From: Longimicrobiales bacterium
GTDB lineage: Bacteria; Gemmatimonadota; Gemmatimonadetes; Longimicrobiales; RSA9
NCBI GenBank assembly: GCA_050732635.1
Contig: JBOHRE010000005.1
Coordinates: forward strand, 2,897-66,896
Reading direction: 5' to 3'
DNA length: 64,000 nt
In this document: piece after piece, positions 9,191 through 15,152 of the stretch
Layout: the number at the start of each line of letters is the position of its first letter
Numbering within the stretch: position 1 is the stretch's first letter
Notes under the pieces: model-generated
Database searches by the model: none
What the model saw: only the letters and a program-made list of their open reading frames with translations
What the model was told of the DNA's origin: nothing
Made by a program: the position numbers and the translations under genes

Positions 9191-11989
9191 TCAGAACGCG
9201 TACTTCAGACGCAGCACGGCAAGGCGACCGATGAGCGGCGTGCCCGGATAGCTGCGGTACTCCTCATCCAGCAGGTTCTGGACGCTGAGCTGAACGGCGG
9301 CGCCGATCATACCCGGGAATGTGTAGCCGAGCGTCACGTCGAATAGCGTGTAGCTCTCCACGCACGTCTCCGTGGCGGTATTCGACGGGTCGATGCAGCG
9401 CGTCCCCGTGAAGACGCCCGACTGCACGGGAAACTCGTTGTTGTAGCGGATGCGCGCCTCGCCGGCCAGACCACGGTCCGCATTGTTGTATTGCGTGCCG
9501 ACCGTGAACTTGCGACTCGGCGCGTTGAGCGTGACCACGCCCAGTGCAATGCTTTCGGTCTCCCAATGGTCATCGCTGACGAACGATGCCGTGCCATTGA
9601 GCGCCCAGTGATCGCCGACGAGCAGCGTGGCAGCCAGGTCGGTGCCCCAGAGGTCGAGCTCCTCGTCGACGTTCGTGTATGTCGCGAGCAGTTGCGCGCC
9701 CGTCGCGTTGACTTGCGGCGCGGTGACGACGCCGAGGGGTACCTGCGCCAATCCGGCCGCGACCTGCGTTGCGGTCGCCGTCGCTTCGGCCTGCGACATC
9801 CCGAGATCCTGCATGAACCGCGGAACCAGGAATGCGGCGATGTCGGGCCCGCTCATGGTCAATAGCGGCGTCGAAACCGTGAGCGGCGTCACCAGATTCT
9901 CGCGCTGCGAGAACCACAGATCCGCCGCGAGCAGCAACCGATCGCCGAGAATTCCTTTGTAGCCGGCCTCGAACGTGCTCGTCGTCGACTCCTGGATGCG
10001 ATCGATGTCCGGCAGATTCAAGGCACTGAGCGGAACCGGACCGCCCTCCGTGATGGCCATCGTGTTGATTGCGCCTTGCGGCTGAAGACTCGCCAGATAC
10101 TGGACGAGGTTCGCCGGCAGCGCGCCCGTCTGCGCCACGAGGCCGACCGCCGCGGCCCAGAACGGCTCCACGTTGGCAGGTATCGCGGCGCTCGGACCGC
10201 CCAGCAGGCCGGGCACCCGCATGAGGTAGCCGCCGTTCTGCTGGAACTGGAAGCCCTGCGTGCCCGTGCCCTGGACCCGCACACTGTAGCCGAGCCGAGC
10301 GGCGGCGGCATTGAGCGGATTCGTCGCCTGGTCGGGCAGCGCGGTCGGCAGGTCCAGGAACTGGTTCAGCGACGTCGGTGTCGAGAACGCTCGATTATAG
10401 GTGAGTCGGAACGCCTGGTTCTCAACGGGCGTGAACACCAGCGCGGCACGCGGTGAGAAGATCGGATCCGGCAGCGCCGAATGGTTGTCGAGCCGTCCCG
10501 CCAGCACGAGCTCGAATTGGTCGCTCAGCTCTGTCTGCGACTGCACGTACCCGCCGATCTCGGTGGTCTGGTCCTCGTCCTCGTAGATGCCGCTGATCGT
10601 GCCCTGCGTCTCCGGATTCGTGTGCAGCACCTCACCGCCGTAGATGAAGCTCTGGCGTTCGCCCCAGGCGAAGCCGTGCTGCGCCTGGCCGACGTACAGC
10701 CTGGATTCGTCGACGATCGGCGCACCGTTCCGCAGCAGGTACGTGTCGCCGGCATTGCTGAAGTTCACGTAGCCCTGAACGAACAGGCTCTGCCAGTTGG
10801 CGCGCGCCTGCACGAAGCTGTAGCGCCAATCCTGGACCTGCGCAGCGCCGAGCCCCGTCAATTCGACCGCGTTGCCGACATTCGTGATGCCAGAGGTGAA
10901 GACGGTGCTGAGCTGGTCGCTCGCACGCCAGTCGAGCCGCGCTTCACCGCTCCAGCGCGAGATCTCGTTGTTTCGAGCGCCGATCAGCGCGATGCGCCGG
11001 TCGGCTTCGGCCGCGCTGATGCCGACGGCCCGCATCAGATCGTCCTTGAAGAACGGATCGACGTCGAACTTGGCGCGCTCCGCCACCTCGACCGGATCCA
11101 CGAAGCGCCATTCATCGGCCGTCACATACTGGCCGGATGCCTTGAGTCCGATCCGATCGCCCAGACGTTGCGCCGTGCGCGCCGTGCCATGCAGCAGACC
11201 GCGCTCGCCGGTCGTGAGGCTGAGACTCGTTCCCTGCGCGGTCAGCGGCGACTTGGTCAGCAGATGCAGAACGCCGTTGGCCGTGTTCGGTCCGTACAGC
11301 GCCGAGCCGGGGCCCAGCACGACCTCCATTCGCTCCAGATCCTCATCAGTCGCCGGTACGAAGTGCATCACGTTGACGCGCAGCGATGGCACGCTGGCGA
11401 TGCGGTAATCCGTGAGTGTATAGAGAGCGCCGGAGAAGATGTTGTTGAATCCGCGCGCGACCACATTCGTCGACTGAATGCCCTGTGTAACGATGTCGAT
11501 GCCGGGCGTGGAGCGCAGATGCTCGACCGGCGTGATCGCCGGCCGCATGTCGATCTCGGCCTCGCTCACCACGGACACTGAGGCTGGCGCCTCCAGCGCC
11601 ATCTCGGTCTGCCTCGACGCGGTGACCACGACCGGATTCAGATTGAACGCCATGGTGCGCAGCTCGAGACCCACCATGCTCGTCGCGCCCGGTGTCACCT
11701 GGACCGCCTCCAGTCGCTGCGTCTCATAGCCCAGACTGGTGACCACGATGGCATAGGAGCCGGGTGGCACGTTGCTCAGGCGGAAATCTCCCTGGGCGCC
11801 CGTCACCGCCTGCGCGACCACAGCGCCGCCGGCGCTGATGGCCTCGACCTGCGCGCCGGCCACCGGCTCACCGGTATCGGTGCTCGTCACCCGCCCCGTG
11901 ATGCTGCCATCCTGTGCAGCCGCGGGAGCTACCCAAGCCAGCAGCAGCGCGAGCGCTGCCGCCGCGCCCAAAGTGGCCTTCAGCGACAT
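9191..11989 (-). CDS. TonB-dependent outer-membrane receptor with N-terminal carboxypeptidase-regulatory-like domain
   Basis: Signal peptide MSLKATLGAAAALALLLAWVAPAAAQ, a CarboxypepD_reg-like segment (GSITGRVTSTDTGEPVAGAQVEA...YAIVVTSLGYE), plug plus a long beta-barrel, and C-terminal LRLKYAF. Start moved to the second ATG (11989) because GAGGA sits 7 nt upstream. The ORF track start at 12004 is the alternative. Confidence 0.85.
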   Translation of the reverse strand: MSLKATLGAAAALALLLAWVAPAAAQDGSITGRVTSTDTGEPVAGAQVEAISAGGAVVAQAVTGAQGDFRLSNVPPGSYAIVVTSLGYETQRLEAVQVTPGATSMVGLELRTMAFNLNPVVVTASRQTEMALEAPASVSVVSEAEIDMRPAITPVEHLRSTPGIDIVTQGIQSTNVVARGFNNIFSGALYTLTDYRIASVPSLRVNVMHFVPATDEDLERMEVVLGPGSALYGPNTANGVLHLLTKSPLTAQGTSLSLTTGERGLLHGTARTAQRLGDRIGLKASGQYVTADEWRFVDPVEVAERAKFDVDPFFKDDLMRAVGISAAEADRRIALIGARNNEISRWSGEARLDWRASDQLSTVFTSGITNVGNAVELTGLGAAQVQDWRYSFVQARANWQSLFVQGYVNFSNAGDTYLLRNGAPIVDESRLYVGQAQHGFAWGERQSFIYGGEVLHTNPETQGTISGIYEDEDQTTEIGGYVQSQTELSDQFELVLAGRLDNHSALPDPIFSPRAALVFTPVENQAFRLTYNRAFSTPTSLNQFLDLPTALPDQATNPLNAAAARLGYSVRVQGTGTQGFQFQQNGGYLMRVPGLLGGPSAAIPANVEPFWAAAVGLVAQTGALPANLVQYLASLQPQGAINTMAITEGGPVPLSALNLPDIDRIQESTTSTFEAGYKGILGDRLLLAADLWFSQRENLVTPLTVSTPLLTMSGPDIAAFLVPRFMQDLGMSQAEATATATQVAAGLAQVPLGVVTAPQVNATGAQLLATYTNVDEELDLWGTDLAATLLVGDHWALNGTASFVSDDHWETESIALGVVTLNAPSRKFTVGTQYNNADRGLAGEARIRYNNEFPVQSGVFTGTRCIDPSNTATETCVESYTLFDVTLGYTFPGMIGAAVQLSVQNLLDEEYRSYPGTPLIGRLAVLRLKYAF

Positions 11990-12112
11990 GGCTTTTCCTC
12001 GCATCTGAAGTCGCTCGACGAGGCCTGGACCGACCAGCCCACGGCCGGGAAGGACAGAACCCCACGTTCCGATGGCGCCGCTCGGGGCGGCGCCTGGCGT
12101 GGGGCAATTGCT

Positions 12113-12141
12113 ATATATCCGACCGCCACCGGGGGCGTCAA
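12113..12141 (-). promoter_or_regulatory. Sigma-70-like promoter for the TonB-dependent receptor (TTGACG-N17/18-ATATAT)
   Basis: On the minus strand, TTGACG (complement of 12136-12141) is followed 17-18 nt later by the AT-only block tatatat, which is conspicuous in this GC-rich DNA. It is divergent from the tRNA promoter. Confidence 0.3.
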
Positions 12142-12157
12142 GAACTCCTTCCAGCGG

Positions 12158-12186
12158 TTGACCGATGTACCGCGTTCCGCTAGCTT
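12158..12186 (+). promoter_or_regulatory. Promoter TTGACC-N17-TAGCTT upstream of tRNA-Gly
   Basis: TTGACC at 12158-12163, exact 17-nt spacer, TAGCTT at 12181-12186. The tRNA starts 15 nt after the -10. The same motif recurs at rpsA and ssrA. Confidence 0.45.
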
Positions 12187-12200
12187 TTGGGCTGCGATTC

Positions 12201-12273
12201 GCGGGAATAGCTCAGTTGGTAGAGCGTCACGTTGCCAACGTGAAGGTCGCCGGTTCGAGCCCGGTTTCCCGCT
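12201..12273 (+). tRNA. tRNA-Gly (anticodon GCC)
   Basis: Cloverleaf read by hand: acceptor GCGGGAA/TTCCCGC, D-loop AGCTCAGTTGGTAGAGC, anticodon loop TTGCCAA, T-arm GCCGG-TTCGAGC-CCGGT. CCA is not encoded. Confidence 0.95.
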
Positions 12274-12280
12274 CTTCTTC

Positions 12281-12310
12281 GGGCGAGCCGCGGACTCGCC
12301 CATTTTGTTT
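12281..12310 (+). terminator. Terminator-like hairpin between tRNA-Gly and tRNA-Cys
   Basis: GGGCGAG-ccgcgga-CTCGCCC followed by attttgttt. It ends 1 nt before tRNA-Cys. Confidence 0.4.
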
Positions 12311-12311
12311 C

Positions 12312-12383
12312 GGCCCCGTAGCCAAGTGGTAAGGCGGAGGTCTGCAAAACCTCTATTCGGCGGTTCGAATCCGCCCGGGGCCT
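12312..12383 (+). tRNA. tRNA-Cys (anticodon GCA)
   Basis: Acceptor GGCCCCG/CGGGGCC, anticodon loop CTGCAAA, T-arm GGCGG-TTCGAAT-CCGCC. CCA is not encoded. Confidence 0.95.
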
Positions 12384-12397
12384 CTGTGACCGGCCGC

Positions 12398-12421
12398 CGG
12401 CGCCACCAGGCGCCGTTTTTT
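12398..12421 (+). terminator. Intrinsic terminator after the tRNA pair
   Basis: CGGCGCC-acca-GGCGCCG stem followed by a T6 run. Confidence 0.6.
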
Positions 12422-12555
12422 CATGTGGACCCGCAGATCCGCGCACGCCCGCGCCCTCCCTCCTGCCAGCCGAGCCGGCGCCGGTGTTCCTGCCATTTCC
12501 GGCGCGTGCCGGGCGGCGGAGCATCAGCAAAAATGCCGCATTTGCAGGCCCTCCA

Positions 12556-12571
12556 AGGAACGGAATTTGCG
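12556..12571 (+). promoter_or_regulatory. Sigma-54-type -24/-12 element (aGGaACG-N4-TTGCg)
   Basis: GG at 12557-58 and GC at 12569-70, the exact 12-nt register of the TGGCACG-N4-TTGCW consensus. It lies 49 nt upstream of the GTG at 12620. The AT-rich perfect palindrome AAATGCCGCATTT (12531-12543) sits just upstream. Confidence 0.35.
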
Positions 12572-12619
12572 ACCTCCGGCGGCCGCGTAGCCCGGTCATG
12601 CCAAAGAGGAACGCACGCC

Positions 12620-13285
12620 GTGAAGAACCCCTTCACATCGAACAGCCTGTCAGAGCCGGCACGCCGCCGGGTTGAGCTCGCGATCGCATTGGCCCAGGAG
12701 CGGCTGCTCAATACCCACGTCGAACACGCGCTGCAGCTGATCGAACATGCGGGCGCCAAGATCCCGTTCGACTCGGCGCTCGACATTTACACCCGGCTGT
12801 TGCGTCTGAACGCGGATGAAACGCGGATCGTGACGACGCAGGCGCTGGCGCGACTGGGCGAGCGCAGTGGCGGCACGGAGCGCTGGACGAGCAGCCTGCC
12901 CGCGCGCTCCGATACGCAGAGCGAGCGCGATCGCCGCTCCTTCATGGAGAGTCTGCGGCAGCGCATGCGCGGACGCGTCGATGATGACATGCGGCGAGAG
13001 ATCGAGCTTCAGGCCGCGCGCGCGGAAGTGGCCGTGCTCGAAACGCACGTGGACAACGCGCTGCACTTCGTCGATATACTCGAGCAGGAGATCGCCTTCA
13101 CGGAGGCTGTCGAGCTGTATCTGGAAGCTCTCGAGGTGCGCGACAGCATCGCGGAGGTCGTCTATTACTTTTCATTGGCGCGACTGAGTGATGCGCACCT
13201 GCCGACGCGAGCGAGCGGGCCGGGCGTCCGCAATGCGCCCGCCGCGGAATCGCCGAGCACGCCTGCGGCAGGGCCACGTAGTTGA
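12620..13285 (+). CDS. Hypothetical cytoplasmic helical protein with an internal ~65-aa duplication
   Basis: GTG start with AAAGAGGA 8 nt upstream. High GC3. Two ungapped-alignable halves (..NTHVEHALQLIEHAGAKIPF..YTRLL..ALARLGE vs ..ETHVDNALHFVDILEQEIAF..YLEAL..SLARLSD). No signal peptide. The ORF-track 5' extension (12158-12619) runs through two tRNA genes and is rejected. Confidence 0.6.
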   Translation: MKNPFTSNSLSEPARRRVELAIALAQERLLNTHVEHALQLIEHAGAKIPFDSALDIYTRLLRLNADETRIVTTQALARLGERSGGTERWTSSLPARSDTQSERDRRSFMESLRQRMRGRVDDDMRREIELQAARAEVAVLETHVDNALHFVDILEQEIAFTEAVELYLEALEVRDSIAEVVYYFSLARLSDAHLPTRASGPGVRNAPAAESPSTPAAGPRS

Positions 13286-13348
13286 CGAGCGGGGCCGCCG
13301 GCACGTGGGCCGTCACCGAGCTGGCGCACGAGGCGGTCACTACCCTGC

Positions 13349-13364
13349 CGGGTACGTCTCTTGC
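13349..13364 (+). promoter_or_regulatory. Sigma-54-type -24/-12 element (gGGtACG-N4-TTGCg)
   Basis: GG at 13350-51 and GC at 13362-63, in the same register and with the same GGnACG-N4-TTGCG core as 12556-12571. About 205 nt upstream of the OMP start. A weaker alternative is tGGtgtggattgTGCa at 13459-13474. Confidence 0.3.
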
Positions 13365-13568
13365 GACGCGGGCGCGCGGTACCGCACGAGTCGCGTCCCA
13401 CGGGCGCGATGGGTTCCCATCCCCGGAGATTGCTCGAGCTGAGCCGGAGGGGCTGCGGGTGGTGTGGATTGTGCAACGGTCGGTGGCGAGGCGAGACGTC
13501 CGCGTAGAGCCACGGACCCGATGGGTCGGCTTCAGGTGCTCACATACCCGGAAGGAGGGAGTGGAGGC

Positions 13569-14903
13569 ATGAAACGTACGAGTGTGGCCATACTCGCAGC
13601 CGCGGTCGTCGGTGTTTTCGCCGCGGAGCCGGGATCGGCCCAGGAGTGGCGGTTCGATCTCGGCATCTATGGCGGCGGGTCGTGGTATTCCTCGTCGCTC
13701 GACGACGACCAGCTCGGCCAGGACGCCGAAGACGTGAAGTTCGAGCCCGGGTGGCAGCTCGGCACGCAGTTGGGTTGGTGGCTGCACCCCCGCTTCGGCC
13801 TGCGCGCGAACGGCGGCTATTCGGAGCGGCCGCTCGACCAGGGCGGCGAGGTGGTTGCCGGCGACATCAACCTATGGGACGTCACGGGCGACCTGATGAT
13901 CCGACTGCGGCCCGTGCCGGAGGAATGGTTCGGCACCGAGACGCTGCCCTACCTGGCGCTGGGTGCCGGCGTGAAGGAGATCAACCCGGCGACCAACATC
14001 CCGATCGAGAATGGCGAGGTCGACGGGATCATGTTCTTCCCGGAGGGATCGCAGGCGGCCGGCCAGACGTTCTTCATGGACCACAAGACCAAGTTCCAGG
14101 CGCTGGTCGGCCTGGGTGCGGATTTCCGGTTCCGGCCCAACATGGCGCTGCGGCTCGAGGTGGGCGACCGGATCTGGGACACGCCGATCCACTTCCTGCA
14201 GGGTGACCAGCGCTTCCCCCCAGGCGACGAGAACATCGGCAACTGGGTCCACCAGGTGTATGGCAACCTCGGGTTGCAGTTCCTGTTCGGTCTGGCCGAG
14301 GTCGTAGAGGAAGTGGTTGCACCGCCGCCGCCGCCGCCGGCACCAGCGCCGCCGCCGCCGCCGCCGCCGGAGGAGCGGAACATCACGGTCTGCGTCGTCG
14401 ATCCGACGACGGGTGAGTTCGGGATCCGCACGGTCAGTGCGGTCTACGTTCCGAGCACCGGCGACACACTGGTCGTCGTCAATGGCCAGCGCCGGCCCTT
14501 GAGCGGGACGGTTGGCACGATCATGCTCGCTCCGCAGGCCGACTGGTACATCGCCGGCAGTCCGATGACCTTGACTGTTGGTCGGACGGAGGCGGAGTTC
14601 GTGACGGTCGGTGGCGCGCGGCAGATCAGCGCCAATGACCTTGCCTACCTCGGCAACGTGAACGGGCTTCCGGTCTACGCTTCGCGCAACGATGTCACGG
14701 ACTTGCGCGAGGAGCTGGCCGATCTTCGCGAGGCGCGCAACACGAATGACCTCGAGGAGATCTTCGAGGAAGAGGAGGACGTGCGCGAGGAATTCGACGA
14801 GCTGGACATCGTGTACGTGCCGCTGCGGGCGACCGACTGCGTGTTCCAGGGGCTCCAGCGGGTCGAGGAAGTTCGCAAGGCGGGTGAAGACGACCTGCGC
14901 TGA
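13569..14903 (+). CDS. Outer-membrane protein, OmpA-like architecture (signal peptide, small beta-barrel, poly-Pro hinge) with an uncharacterised C-terminal domain; paralog 1
   Basis: ATG preceded by GGAAGGAGGGAGTGGAGG. Signal peptide MKRTSVAILAAAVVGVFAAEPGSAQ. Barrel-like Gly/aromatic strands (RFDLGIYGGGSWY, RFGLRANGGY, YLALGAGV, ALVGLGADFRF, GNLGLQFLFG). Hinge PPPPPPAPAPPPPPPP. C-terminal domain of about 170 aa. Own terminator downstream. Confidence 0.85.
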   Translation: MKRTSVAILAAAVVGVFAAEPGSAQEWRFDLGIYGGGSWYSSSLDDDQLGQDAEDVKFEPGWQLGTQLGWWLHPRFGLRANGGYSERPLDQGGEVVAGDINLWDVTGDLMIRLRPVPEEWFGTETLPYLALGAGVKEINPATNIPIENGEVDGIMFFPEGSQAAGQTFFMDHKTKFQALVGLGADFRFRPNMALRLEVGDRIWDTPIHFLQGDQRFPPGDENIGNWVHQVYGNLGLQFLFGLAEVVEEVVAPPPPPPAPAPPPPPPPEERNITVCVVDPTTGEFGIRTVSAVYVPSTGDTLVVVNGQRRPLSGTVGTIMLAPQADWYIAGSPMTLTVGRTEAEFVTVGGARQISANDLAYLGNVNGLPVYASRNDVTDLREELADLREARNTNDLEEIFEEEEDVREEFDELDIVYVPLRATDCVFQGLQRVEEVRKAGEDDLR

Positions 14904-14941
14904 CGGTAGAGGGAGTGGGCCGCCGCTCGGCGGCTTGCGAG

Positions 14942-14980
14942 GAGCGGCGCCCGGGAACCCCCCGGGCGCCGCTCGCTTTT
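14942..14980 (+). terminator. Intrinsic terminator after OMP paralog 1
   Basis: Perfect 14-bp stem GAGCGGCGCCCGGG/CCCGGGCGCCGCTC with a 5-nt loop, followed by gcTTTT. Confidence 0.75.
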
Positions 14981-15007
14981 GGTGTAACCTCTTGGGAAAC
15001 AGAGGGT

Positions 15008-15024
15008 TGGCAAGGATCATGCAT
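15008..15024 (+). promoter_or_regulatory. Sigma-54-type promoter TGGCAAG-N4-ATGCAT
   Basis: TGGCA at 15008-15012 and TGCAT at 15020-15024. GG to GC spacing is exactly as in TGGCACG-N4-TTGCW. About 129 nt upstream of the ATG at 15153. Confidence 0.45.
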
Positions 15025-15152
15025 CGGCTGCGGCGGGGCTGATCGGCCCCAGGACGGGAGAATTGTGGGTGGCCCGGGCGACAAGAAAACGGGAGGGCGG
15101 GCCCCGACGTGCGGCCGTGGCAACGCGGCCCTTTTAGGAGGAGGAAGACGGC

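Noticed and set aside
12158-12619. 5' part of the 375-aa ORF 12158-13285
   Set aside because: It reads straight through tRNA-Gly, tRNA-Cys and two terminators. Only the 3' part from GTG 12620 (RBS, repeat structure, high GC3) is kept as a gene.
13282-13572. 96-aa ORF that exactly bridges the repeat-protein stop (TTGA overlap) and the OMP paralog 1 start (ATGA overlap)
   Set aside because: The placement is tempting, but GC3 is only about 76% by hand count, against about 85-88% in neighbouring genes. Rare codons are frequent (cga x4, gta, caa, att), the composition is Arg-rich as in noncoding frames, there is no RBS, and it contains the candidate sigma-54 element. It is kept as a low-probability possibility only; Ribo-seq would settle it.
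14323-14372. CCG-rich tract (and the GAG run at about 26190-26215) considered as a microsatellite or CRISPR-like repeat
   Set aside because: Both lie inside coding sequence and simply encode the poly-Pro hinge of the OMP and the poly-Glu tail of S1. There is no spacer-repeat organisation.
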